A DNA stretch of 64,000 nt from a bacterium (GTDB lineage: Bacteria > Zhuqueibacterota > Zhuqueibacteria > Residuimicrobiales > Krinioviventaceae): NCBI GenBank assembly GCA_963674595.2, contig CAXXFV010000029.1:64001-128000 (forward strand), given 5' to 3'. Made by a program: the position numbers and the translations under genes. The notes beneath the pieces are model-generated. The model saw only the letters and a list, made by a program, of their open reading frames with translations, was not told the origin of the DNA and ran no database searches. Below are positions 54,220 to 64,000 of the stretch, one piece after another. Every line of letters begins with the position of its first letter. The stretch's first letter is position 1.

Positions 54220-54307
54220 GTGGTTTATCAGAAAATGGGCAGGTGTTTATTGGGGGTAAAAGCCCTGACTATTTGGCTTTGCTCGCACTGGAAATATTTT
54301 CCAGTGC

Positions 54308-54741
54308 GTTAAATAAACCGGGACATTTTGGCCCGATCAGTTCTTAAATAACGGGCCTATATTAATATTGACATTATAAAACCTTAAATTTATCGGGGTA
54401 AATACCCTGCCTGATTTGCGCCCTGAAAAAATTTCAGGGTCAGTAAAATCTTTGGGCGATTAATTGACATGTGTAGGGATTAAAAATTTTTAACCCCTAC
54501 ATGGGTTGATCGTCTTGTAAATTTCATCCAGGATACTAGATAAAAATGGGCTTTACCCTGCTCTGCTCACCCTTCGGCTTCGCTCCCGCTTCGACTCCGC
54601 TCAGCGTCCGCTTCAAGTATGGGCCTTGAGCAGAGCCGAAAGAGGTCCTTGAGCGGAGCCGAAAGGCAGATCAGGGTGACACCGGTCTGCTTTTTTTTAG
54701 ATTAATCTCAGAATGGTATGGTAGAACAGCCCACTTACGGC
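54308..54741 (+). repeat. ~430-bp direct repeat, right copy
   Basis: Near-identical to 52202-52630. Confidence 0.92.
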
Positions 54742-54755
54742 TGTATCCTGTTTTT

Positions 54756-55796
54756 TTAATAACTGCTTTGGGTCAAATTAATTTTGTTACTGCCGTCCGG
54801 ATTCATAACAATAATATCCCAATTCCCGTTATTCTCGCAGTGGTACGCTATTTTTGTCCCGTCAGGAGAAAATACTGGAAACAGATCGGAACCCGGATTA
54901 TGAGTCAATCGTTTTTGATCACTGCCGTCCGATTTCATAATATACAATTCCGAATTGCCGTCTCTTTCCGAATAAAAGAGGATTTTTTTGCCATCCGGGG
55001 AAAATAATGGTGAAAAATTAGTACCAGCGTTATCAGTCAGTTTGGCTTTATTTTTTCCATTACTATCCATTGTATAAATATTCCAGTTTTGATTAAAATC
55101 CACATAAACAATTTTTGAACCATCCGGTGAAAATGATGCATAGTAACCGCGTTCGTTTTCCTGCATCAGGTTTACAATATCATTGTTATATAAATCCAGT
55201 ATAAAAATTTTTGTTTCACAGGATAAAACCACTTTGGAACCGTCAGGAGAGAATTTTGCCGTTTCTTCAAAATCTGCATTATTTGTCAGACGTTTTAAAT
55301 TATTTCCGTCATAATCCATTATAAAAATGTCGCCATTGCCGTCTCTTTCAGAATGGAACAAAACTTTTGAACCATCTTTGGAAACATCATATATAATATC
55401 TGATGAATTATGGTTTGTTAACCGTTTATTTTGACTTCCGTCGATATTTATTCTATAAATTTCAATGTTATCATCTCTCTTTAAATGATAAAAAATAAAA
55501 GAACCATTTGATGAACAAACAGGCTTGTAGCAATTTGCCTCGGTAAAAGTTATCCTTTTCGTGTTGTTCCCAAAAACATCGACCAGAAATATTGCAGAAA
55601 GACTTGTTATTTTTCCCCTACCCGGTATTTCTTTCAATGTGCGCGAATAAGCTATTTGGGAACCGCTAATAGTAAAGGATGCTCCGGAACATTTCCTTGA
55701 ATGACCTGTATATACGCTGCTCATTGTGTTGTCTCTTTTACAGCCAATGCCTGAGAGAAATGTAAAGAGAACAAGGTAATACATGATTTTTTTCAT
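54756..55796 (-). CDS. TolB-like PD40 beta-propeller lipoprotein
   Basis: Lipobox GIGC; repeated FSPDG.KI...SERDGN..I..M..DGS. Confidence 0.88.
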   Translation of the reverse strand: MKKIMYYLVLFTFLSGIGCKRDNTMSSVYTGHSRKCSGASFTISGSQIAYSRTLKEIPGRGKITSLSAIFLVDVFGNNTKRITFTEANCYKPVCSSNGSFIFYHLKRDDNIEIYRINIDGSQNKRLTNHNSSDIIYDVSKDGSKVLFHSERDGNGDIFIMDYDGNNLKRLTNNADFEETAKFSPDGSKVVLSCETKIFILDLYNNDIVNLMQENERGYYASFSPDGSKIVYVDFNQNWNIYTMDSNGKNKAKLTDNAGTNFSPLFSPDGKKILFYSERDGNSELYIMKSDGSDQKRLTHNPGSDLFPVFSPDGTKIAYHCENNGNWDIIVMNPDGSNKINLTQSSY

Positions 55797-55866
55797 AATA
55801 AATCCCCTATTTTTTTAAAACGGGCCAATGATAAATTAACAATAAAACATAATTGTTTAATATAGA

Positions 55867-56880
55867 TTAATGGTATTTATTAACATACTCTATTATTTTG
55901 TTTAATTCTTCTTCAGGCAAGAGTAAAAGAGCAGCCGCATTTTGGGGGGCCGCAATTTCATAATAAAAAAATGGTTCAAAATAACCCTCTTTAACTATTT
56001 TTTTAAGGCGCTCATGTCCATGTTTTTGTGAAACAAGTGATAAAACAGCTTCTGATTCCTCCAATAAATTAATAGAATTTTCATCTGGTTTATAGCCAAG
56101 CATTTGTTCCGCATAGCCGGGTTCATATTTCCAAAGTGCCTTGACAAACACATAACCCATCCATTCTTTTTTCATTTTAATTGTTACCTTGTTTCCTTCT
56201 TTGCTGAGGGTATATTGCGGATCAAATGACCACTCTTGCCAGTCTCTGCCGTTTTCATCCCGATGAAATTCCAGTCTTTCCAAAAGTCTTGGATTATATT
56301 TATTTAAAACATGGGCCCTGGTAACATGATCCAGCGCTAATTTTAATTGACCCTTTTTCCAAAAAGTATCGCCCAAAAACCAGTATGCCGTATAATCAAT
56401 AGGATTTTTTGCGATAGCTTGTTTAAAATAATAGACAGCACTGTCTAGTTGATTTGTCATAAAATGGACGTCTCCGCACATTGTTAACGCGTAATAAAAA
56501 TCCGGCTGATCATGATATACTTTACGATAAAGTTCCAGTGCTTTATTATATTCTTCGTTGTGAAAGTGTTCCTCTGCCTGATCAAACATTTTTTGTACAG
56601 AATCTTTTAATTCATACTCCTTGAGCACAATTTTATCGTCTTGTTTGGCAAGATAGAATTGATTGTGTAAAACCTGTGGTGACTCTACCGGCACAGTTTC
56701 GTTAGAATCCAAAAGATTTAAACTATAAGTTAATTTAGACTGTTCCATAATTTTAAAAATTTCTGCAGGTGAATGAAGTGTTTTTTTGGTATTTTTTTGC
56801 GTTAAACCCTGATTACTGCTGCATAAGATTAACAAACCAATTGACAATACAAATGTTGAAAATCTAGTTAAAAAAGTCAT
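55867..56880 (-). CDS. Tetratricopeptide repeat protein
   Basis: Signal peptide; about 3 TPR units in the central region. Confidence 0.75.
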   Translation of the reverse strand: MTFLTRFSTFVLSIGLLILCSSNQGLTQKNTKKTLHSPAEIFKIMEQSKLTYSLNLLDSNETVPVESPQVLHNQFYLAKQDDKIVLKEYELKDSVQKMFDQAEEHFHNEEYNKALELYRKVYHDQPDFYYALTMCGDVHFMTNQLDSAVYYFKQAIAKNPIDYTAYWFLGDTFWKKGQLKLALDHVTRAHVLNKYNPRLLERLEFHRDENGRDWQEWSFDPQYTLSKEGNKVTIKMKKEWMGYVFVKALWKYEPGYAEQMLGYKPDENSINLLEESEAVLSLVSQKHGHERLKKIVKEGYFEPFFYYEIAAPQNAAALLLLPEEELNKIIEYVNKYH

Positions 56881-57095
56881 AACCTATCCTTTTTTGTCTG
56901 AATTTTGATGAATGAATTGTTTGTATCATGTTCCGGTTGAAAATATTTGCTCGCCCTGGAAAAGTTCCAGGTTCAGCAAAATCTTTGGGCGATTAATTAA
57001 CATGTGTAGGGGTTAAAAATTTTTAACCCCTACATGGTTTGATCGTCTTGTAAATTTCATCCGGAATACTAGATAAAAATGGACTTTACCCTGCT

Positions 57096-57248
57096 CACCC
57101 TTCGGCTTCGCTCAGGATGAGGACACCCTTCGGCTTCGCTCAGGATGAGGACACCCTTCGGCTTCGCTCAGGATGAGGACACCCTTCGGCTTCGCTCAGG
57201 ATGAGGACACCCTTCGGCTTCGCTCAGGATGAGGGCACCCTTCGACTC
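57096..57248. repeat. Tandem repeat, 28 bp x 5 plus a partial unit
   Basis: CACCCTTCGGCTTCGCTCAGGATGAGGA at 57096, 57124, 57152, 57180 and 57208. Confidence 0.95.
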
Positions 57249-57353
57249 GGTCCTTGAGCGGAGTCGAAAGGCCGCTCAGCGTCCGCCTGTAATCCGATCA
57301 TATAAATGAATCTATCACAGGTCAGAACCCGGGACGATCAGCTTTTCTTTTAA

Positions 57354-58454
57354 TCACTCATAGGCGCCAAATTGATCAACCAATTCTCTGACTCTTTTAA
57401 CGCGATATTCCAGAGCATCCGGCGGTACCTGATCGGCAACACCCAATACATAGCGCGGATTTTTGCGCATAACCGCCAAAACCGCCCTCACATGTCGATC
57501 AAATTCATGGTCCGTAACATTGGCGGTAAAATAACTGCCGGGCATTCCGCCCCAAAAAATAGTTTTAGGATTATTTGCCACGCTCTCCCACTCTTCTATA
57601 GCAAGGTCTCCCACGGGAAAAGGTGTCATCGCTTCTATGACAGTAAAACCTGTTGATGCCTCCCGCGCCAGCAATCCTTTTAAGGTGCCGTCCATGTGAA
57701 GAAAAGAAAATTTGCCGGCCTTTTTCATTTTCTCAACCCATTCTGTTTGGGTGTTTCTCATATATTTTTCAAAATTATCCGGCCCAACCATTTCCGAAGA
57801 CAAATTTTCCGGAATCATTAATGTCTCGGTGGGTCCGTCTATAGCAATTTGGGCAGCATGATCAAAAGACTTTTTCATGGATTGCAGGGTTTCCGCCAGC
57901 TCGTCCGGTTCGTCCATGGCACAATATGTAACGGCTTCAACACCTGCTTCTATTACCAATAGCTGCATATATGGGGTGTGCGGCAGGTAAAGAAGAGAAA
58001 TTCCCATATCACCAATTTGGTCGATGCGTTCTAAAGCAAAATCATAATCCGGTTCCCACTCTATGTTTTCATAAAAGTATCGAAGGGCAGCCAAATCTTT
58101 AACCGATTTGACCAAATGCTCTCTCGGGGCTTCAGAACAGGTATCCGGCACATATTCCCAGCATTCTTTTAAATTTCCTTTTGGAGTAATAATCTCTCTG
58201 AATTTCAGGTTGCCATTATACCAGGTATTTTCCTGAAAATGATTTTTTGCTTTATAGGGGAAATATCCCTGAAGATAGTATCCCACTCCCAAATCACGAT
58301 GCCAATCTATATATTCGGGACTTTTTTGAAAATTTTTCGGTTTTTTCCCATTTGCTACGAGTGCGGTTGCCCAATAATCCAAATCACCAAACCAGGGTAC
58401 TTTGTCCGGTTTTTCACCGTTTAAAATCTTGAGGATTTGTTCTCTGTTTGTCAT
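57354..58454 (-). CDS. Uroporphyrinogen decarboxylase / MtaA-CmuA-family protein
   Basis: MTNREQIL...GEKPDKVPW, HMDG, WGG.P and DQVPP motifs. Confidence 0.78.
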   Translation of the reverse strand: MTNREQILKILNGEKPDKVPWFGDLDYWATALVANGKKPKNFQKSPEYIDWHRDLGVGYYLQGYFPYKAKNHFQENTWYNGNLKFREIITPKGNLKECWEYVPDTCSEAPREHLVKSVKDLAALRYFYENIEWEPDYDFALERIDQIGDMGISLLYLPHTPYMQLLVIEAGVEAVTYCAMDEPDELAETLQSMKKSFDHAAQIAIDGPTETLMIPENLSSEMVGPDNFEKYMRNTQTEWVEKMKKAGKFSFLHMDGTLKGLLAREASTGFTVIEAMTPFPVGDLAIEEWESVANNPKTIFWGGMPGSYFTANVTDHEFDRHVRAVLAVMRKNPRYVLGVADQVPPDALEYRVKRVRELVDQFGAYE

Positions 58455-58791
58455 AATTTCCTTTTCCGTATTTTTAAAAATCTCCAGCTTAACATTTACA
58501 GGTTTGAAAAGACAAATTTTCAGAGGGATTTAATTCCATCAACCTCCTTATTTTTTTAAGCATCGGTGAAATAAAATTTTTCGGTTTTATTACAAGGAAA
58601 TATGGCGGAATATAATAAAATCAAAAATAAAACAAAACGGAATATTATACTTGTTTTCAAAATAGATTGAACTATTGATATTATAACTTTGGTATATTTT
58701 CGATGAGTTGGTTTCGTTCGAGGTGTACACCCCCCTTTCACCGGCAGCCAGGGCCAAGTTTACAAAGATATGCAGCCGATAGTTTGCACCA

Positions 58792-59400
58792 TCATTGCAT
58801 TGGCTGACGAAGGACGGTTTTCCAGTTTTTGGGATCCGCCTTTCTGATGTCGCTCAAATAAATTTCGTGATGTTTACCAATCAGCCTACTTTTGGTATTT
58901 ATGAATTCATGTATTTTCTCAATGTTGGGTCTTTCTTCTGAAAACGGTCCGATATGAAGTATCTGAGCGCACTTTCCCTCTGAAAATGATTCGAAACGAA
59001 TTTTCGAAATGGCAGCCGGGTTTTTCTTTTTTGTCACTTCTGAAACAGAGGTATCAATCATTTCACGGGTAACAAAATCAGGCTGCATTATCATGAGTGT
59101 CCATTTCCAATTGGATTTATCATGTATCGAAAATTTGGACATGTCGTCTGCCCACCATAGTCCTTCAAGGGGCATCACTCCGTAATCCAAAGCCATCTCC
59201 CCTTTTTTTATTTTAAATTTGACTGTGTAGGAAACGGCAAACAATGCCGCAACAGCATCGGAAAATTCTTTGGAATTGTTTGGATCGCCTTTGCCGTCCA
59301 CCATTAAATAATTCATCGTCGGAACATCGACCTGACTGACCTTTTTTGCTGATGGCTTGTATAAATGTTTCAACTCTTTTTTAAAATCGATTTTATTCAT
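58792..59400 (-). CDS. GyrI-like small-molecule-binding domain protein
   Basis: KIDFKKELK.LY, G.GDPN, PLEGLWW, HIGPF and HHEIYLSD; start after GGAG. Confidence 0.88.
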   Translation of the reverse strand: MNKIDFKKELKHLYKPSAKKVSQVDVPTMNYLMVDGKGDPNNSKEFSDAVAALFAVSYTVKFKIKKGEMALDYGVMPLEGLWWADDMSKFSIHDKSNWKWTLMIMQPDFVTREMIDTSVSEVTKKKNPAAISKIRFESFSEGKCAQILHIGPFSEERPNIEKIHEFINTKSRLIGKHHEIYLSDIRKADPKNWKTVLRQPMQ

Positions 59401-59595
59401 ATCTTCTCTCCTTTTTAAGGCCGCCGACATGGTTTTAATATATTCATAGGGTAATAATTTCAACGACCAAATTTAGTTACTTGTTCCTGAATTTAGTCAC
59501 TATTCGCCCCGGACGGGTAATTCTTCGGCTTTGCTTTGCTCAGGATGACACAGATCGACTTAACACAGGAACCCAGATGACCAAGGCATATCACT

Positions 59596-60042
59596 GCGGC
59601 TCTGCGTTGAATAAGAAAATTATAAACGAAAATTATCTTATAATTTTTAACCACAAAGGTCACAAAGAATAATAATTTACATATCAACACAAATTTAAAC
59701 GTGTCATTCTTTAAGAATCCTGCCGGGATAAAGACCCGATTCAACGTCAGGAAAGATGCCTCCAGCATGACATGTTGGTTTTTTTGTTGTAAAAAAGTCA
59801 GAAATTAGATTATTTTCAGAAATTCCTTTGCGGCTCTGCGTTAAATAAGAAAATTATAAATGAGAATTATCTTATATTTTTAACCACAAAGGTCACAAAG
59901 AATACACAAAGGACACAAAGAATAATACTTTTTATTTCAACACAAATTTAAACGTGTCATTCTGTAAGAACCTTGCCGGGATAAAGACCCGATTCAACGT
60001 CAGGAAAGATGCCTCCGGCATGACATGTTGGTTTTTTTGTTT
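59596..60042. repeat. Tandem duplication (~200-bp units, ~234-253-bp offset) of a REP mosaic
   Basis: 59596-59790 versus 59830-60042. Confidence 0.85.
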
Positions 60043-60159
60043 AAATACATAACAGTCTGAAAAACCGGAATCCAGCTTACAATTATTTAAAGGAAAAGTC
60101 GAAGGGCCAAGCCCTCCTGTTAATCCGTTCCGGGGTAGAATCCCGGAACGATCAAACAA

Positions 60160-60450
<291 letters not shown>

Positions 60451-60591
60451 TTAATTGTAAAAATTTCTCATGGCTGTCTATGCTCCCGCTTCGACTCCGC
60501 TCAGCGTCCGCTCAACTTACGGGCTTTGAGCAGAGCCAGGTTGAATCCATATATCATCCCTTCGGGATTTGTTTCGGCTGATATTTGAATC

Positions 60592-61827
60592 TCAACAAAA
60601 AGACAATATAAACGTCCCGAGGAAAAACACCAAAATAAAAATCAGTACCAAATTGGTAAGGGGTTTGTTTTTAAATTCTTGTCCGATGAATTTTTCCCGG
60701 CCCAGCACAAGCAGGACAATGGTGAGCAATGGAATAAACAGCGCGCCGACAAAGGCATACACCTTTTGCATGGACGCAAATCCCACGTACAATCCGGTCA
60801 TGGGGACAAGGCTCAATCCGATTAAAAAATATCGGTACAGTTTTGTGCGGCTCAGGTCCTCACTGTCCCGAACATCGGATTTTTGCATAATGGTTACCGC
60901 ATCGGCGAAAATATAAGGCACGCTCTGCCACACGCCCAGCAGACTGCTGAAAATGGCGCTCCACCCTCCTGCCAAAAAAATCCATTTACCCAGCGCGCCG
61001 GTTTCCAAAACCAGTCGCTCGCCGAGTTTTATAATCAGCGTGGTGCCTTTGCCTTCAGGGTGAACATGGCTGCCGATGATCACCATACCCAGACCAAACA
61101 GGGCCGTCATAATATAACCGATGCCGAGATCAACCCGGCAGGCAAACAGGTCGCTTTTGGACACCAGTCCTTTTTCCCTAATCCAGTAGCCGTAACATAA
61201 AATCGTAACTGTCCCGCCGACGCCGCCGATAAGGGCAACCACCCACATCAGTTCCGCCGCAGACAAATGCCAGATATTCGGCCACACCAGGCTTTTTATG
61301 ATAACCAGCCAGTCCGAAGAAAGGCGCCAGGCCGTATACACCACCGCAAAAAACATGACGACAATGCAAACCTTCATGATCTTTTCAAACAGTTGGAAGC
61401 CGCCGAAATAGACAATAACAAATCCGAGAATACTTTGCAGCACGCCGTAAATTATTTTGCCGTAATAGGGGTCCTGACAAACCGGCAAGATCGCATACAG
61501 GGCCGCACCGGCCGCGCTCATCAGGGCGGCAGCCACCAGATAGCTCCACAGAAAAAAATAGGCCAGAAAAATCCATTGGGAAAAAAGGCCGCCGTGGGTC
61601 AGGGCGCCCTTTAAAATCGTGGTGCCGGTTGACAACTGCCAGCGTGTGAGTCCCTCATTTAAAACAAATTTGAAAAAAGCGCCCAGCAGCACTGCCCATA
61701 AAACCGCCACGCCCAGTTTAGAACCGGCAAAGGCCGCTGTTGCCAGGTCCCCGGCGCCCACACCGGTGGCCGCTACCAGCAATCCGGGACCGGCAATTTG
61801 AAAAAACCGTTTAAACCGCATCATCAC
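60592..61827 (-). CDS. Nramp-family divalent metal transporter
   Basis: GPGLLVAATGVGAGDL and about 11 TM helices. Confidence 0.85.
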   Translation of the reverse strand: MMMRFKRFFQIAGPGLLVAATGVGAGDLATAAFAGSKLGVAVLWAVLLGAFFKFVLNEGLTRWQLSTGTTILKGALTHGGLFSQWIFLAYFFLWSYLVAAALMSAAGAALYAILPVCQDPYYGKIIYGVLQSILGFVIVYFGGFQLFEKIMKVCIVVMFFAVVYTAWRLSSDWLVIIKSLVWPNIWHLSAAELMWVVALIGGVGGTVTILCYGYWIREKGLVSKSDLFACRVDLGIGYIMTALFGLGMVIIGSHVHPEGKGTTLIIKLGERLVLETGALGKWIFLAGGWSAIFSSLLGVWQSVPYIFADAVTIMQKSDVRDSEDLSRTKLYRYFLIGLSLVPMTGLYVGFASMQKVYAFVGALFIPLLTIVLLVLGREKFIGQEFKNKPLTNLVLIFILVFFLGTFILSFC

Positions 61828-61972
61828 ATCCGTTTTTGTATTTTTTAATTGACCGCTTTAATAAAGAATTGTATTTTAAATAAAAATCAGCATATATTCA
61901 AATAAAATTAAAAATATTTATGTTTAAAAAGAACAATCGTAACAGACCCTGTATCATAATCGGGAGCAGATT

Positions 61973-63034
61973 ATGCTAAAAAGATTGAAAAAGAAAGCCA
62001 AAAAGCCGGGACTCGCCCCGGGCGTTATTGTTCATATCGGTGAAAAAAAAATTGAAACAGCCCAACTGTCCCTTATATCATATAATGAGGGCAACTATAC
62101 GCGAAATCAAATCGATTCTGTCGGCGACCTTGCTGACCTGGACCCCAACAGCATACACTGGATTAATCTGTACGGCCTGCATGACACCAAAAAACTGACT
62201 GATCTGGGAGACATGTTTAATCTTCACCCCCTGGTGCTTGAAGACATTTGCAACACAGACCATCAGCCAAAACATGAAACTTTTGATGATTATCTCTTTG
62301 TCATTATGAAAATGATTTCCTATGACAAACAAGCAGGCGCCATAAATGTGGAACAGATGAGTTTTATATTAAAGAACAATTACATTATCTCTTTTCAGGA
62401 ACGCGTGGGTGATGTTTTTGAACCGGTGCGCGACCGTATCAAAGCCGGCAAGGGACGGCTGCGAAAAAGAAACGCTGATTATCTTTTATATGCCCTGATT
62501 GATATTCTGGTGGACCACTATTTTGTGGTGCTTGAAAAAGCGGGTGATCAACTGGAAATGTTGGAAGATAAAGTCATTGATTCGCCGGAACAATCCATTA
62601 TTTCGGAAATCCATCGACTTAAAAACGAGCTGTTGTTTATGCGAAAATCGGTATGGCCGGTCAGGGAACTTGTGTCCGCTTTAACGCGTGAAGAAAATCC
62701 GCTTATCGAAGAAAAAACAATCCCCTTTTTGCGGGATATATATGATCATGTCATTCAGGTCATTGATACCATCGAAACCTACCGCGACATGGTGGCGGGT
62801 TTGCTGGACGTTTATCTGTCGAGCATCAGCAATAAAATGAACGAGGTCATGAAAGTGCTGACCATCATCGCAACAATCTTTATTCCGCTGACATTTATTG
62901 CCGGAGTTTACGGGATGAATTTTGAAAACATGCCGGAACTAAAATGGCCATGGGGATACCCGGTGGTCTGGATTATCATGCTGGTGTTGGGTATCATCAT
63001 GGTCATTTACTTTAAAAGAAAAAAGTGGTTATAA
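61973..63034 (+). CDS. corA: Magnesium/cobalt transporter CorA
   Basis: LHPLVLEDI, YGMNF and MPEL motifs. Confidence 0.95.
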   Translation: MLKRLKKKAKKPGLAPGVIVHIGEKKIETAQLSLISYNEGNYTRNQIDSVGDLADLDPNSIHWINLYGLHDTKKLTDLGDMFNLHPLVLEDICNTDHQPKHETFDDYLFVIMKMISYDKQAGAINVEQMSFILKNNYIISFQERVGDVFEPVRDRIKAGKGRLRKRNADYLLYALIDILVDHYFVVLEKAGDQLEMLEDKVIDSPEQSIISEIHRLKNELLFMRKSVWPVRELVSALTREENPLIEEKTIPFLRDIYDHVIQVIDTIETYRDMVAGLLDVYLSSISNKMNEVMKVLTIIATIFIPLTFIAGVYGMNFENMPELKWPWGYPVVWIIMLVLGIIMVIYFKRKKWL

Positions 63035-63037
63035 AAT

Positions 63038-64000
63038 TTACTTTTTAATCTTGATAATATTTTGCGTAAAGGGCGCTTTGATTACACCTTTTTCCGTAAT
63101 AATGGCTGTTACCAGTTCATTGGGTGTAACATCAAAAGCGGGATTATAAACGGGAATTTCCTCAAGCGCAACAGAGCATTCGCCAAACTTGCGCACCTCG
63201 TCTGCTTCCCGCTCCTCTATGGGAATGTCGGCCCCGGTTTTTATATTAAAATCAAACGTGGATAACGGCGCTGCAACATAAAACGGAATGTTATGGTGTT
63301 TGGCCAGCACAGCCAGTCCATAGGTACCGATTTTGTTGGCCACATCACCATTGGCGGCAATACGGTCCGCACCGACAATAACCGTGTTGACAAGGCCCTG
63401 TTTCATAACATAGGCGGCCATGTTATCGCAAATCAGCGTTACATCAATATCGTCTTCATACAGTTCAAAGGTCGTTAGTCTGGCGCCCTGTAACAGGGGC
63501 CGGGTTTCATCGGCAAAAACCTTGACCTTTTTACCGGCTTCTTTGGCCGCGCGAATAACGCCCAAAGCCGTTCCGTAACCGCCGGTTGCCAGAGCCCCGG
63601 CATTACAATGGGTCAAAATATTGGCACGATTGGGCAGCAGTTCCGCACCGAACCGGCCCATGGTTTTACAACGTTTAATATCATCTTCAAGTATATAATT
63701 AGCTTCTCTTAACAGGGCCAGTTTAATTTCTTTTAAAGGCCTGCTCAAATTTTTTGACAACGCGCCTCTCATACGGTCGAGTGCCCAGAACAAATTCACA
63801 GCCGTGGGACGGGTTACTTTTAATGCTTCAATGGCCTCATTGGCCTTTTCCAGAAACTTCGTTCGGTCCGAACTATCTTCATACCACACACCCAGCACAA
63901 CGCCATAGGCCGCTGCAACGCCGATAGCCGGCGCACCCCTTACAGCCAGTCTTTTAATGGCATTGGCAACGCCGTGATAGTCTGATATTTCCAAAAGAAC
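63038..64000 (-). CDS. mtnA: S-methyl-5-thioribose-1-phosphate isomerase (5' truncated)
   Basis: VRGAPAIG, RPTAVNL, THCNAGALA, DETRP, NKIGT, NPAFDVTP. Confidence 0.93.
   Translation of the reverse strand, partial: VLLEISDYHGVANAIKRLAVRGAPAIGVAAAYGVVLGVWYEDSSDRTKFLEKANEAIEALKVTRPTAVNLFWALDRMRGALSKNLSRPLKEIKLALLREANYILEDDIKRCKTMGRFGAELLPNRANILTHCNAGALATGGYGTALGVIRAAKEAGKKVKVFADETRPLLQGARLTTFELYEDDIDVTLICDNMAAYVMKQGLVNTVIVGADRIAANGDVANKIGTYGLAVLAKHHNIPFYVAAPLSTFDFNIKTGADIPIEEREADEVRKFGECSVALEEIPVYNPAFDVTPNELVTAIITEKGVIKAPFTQNIIKIKK

Noticed and set aside
57096-57248. 28-bp repeats as a second CRISPR array
   Set aside because: The units are contiguous with no spacers.
58700-59430. attC remnants around the GyrI-like gene
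   Set aside because: Only weak matches (CAAAC...GGCTGCA downstream, GTCGGCG upstream) and no convincing R''/R' pair.

Overview
Bacterial chromosomal window of about 40 genes. It is probably from an FCB-superphylum lineage such as KSB1 or Calditrichota; this is inferred from sulfatases, a GH78 and several secreted proteins ending in a YPNPFN/FlgD-Ig C-terminal domain. Housekeeping and metabolic genes (DEAD-box helicase, dut, katG, xylB, corA, mtnA) alternate with single AT-rich accessory or defence genes: a type I R-M operon, a GmrSD/DUF262 nuclease, a RelA/SpoT small alarmone synthetase, Imm26, DUF4304, DUF4268, a GIY-YIG protein and TonB. There is also an orphan CRISPR array with a leader. 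The most unusual feature is non-coding. Most intergenic regions are mosaics of several palindromic repeat families. One family is a roughly 55-nt two-hairpin unit with a TG(A/C)TCG foot, present in more than 30 full or partial copies with compensatory stem changes, and it brackets accessory genes. An 'empty' copy (7754-8576) and a 'filled' copy (2844-4550, split by tonB) of the same ~820-bp module are both visible. A sigma70-type promoter module (TTGCRC-N17-TAWTAT) occurs 10 times in front of unrelated genes. Together these suggest an integron-like, REP-hairpin-based gene capture and expression system whose enzyme is not encoded in this window. That mechanism is inference, not demonstrated.
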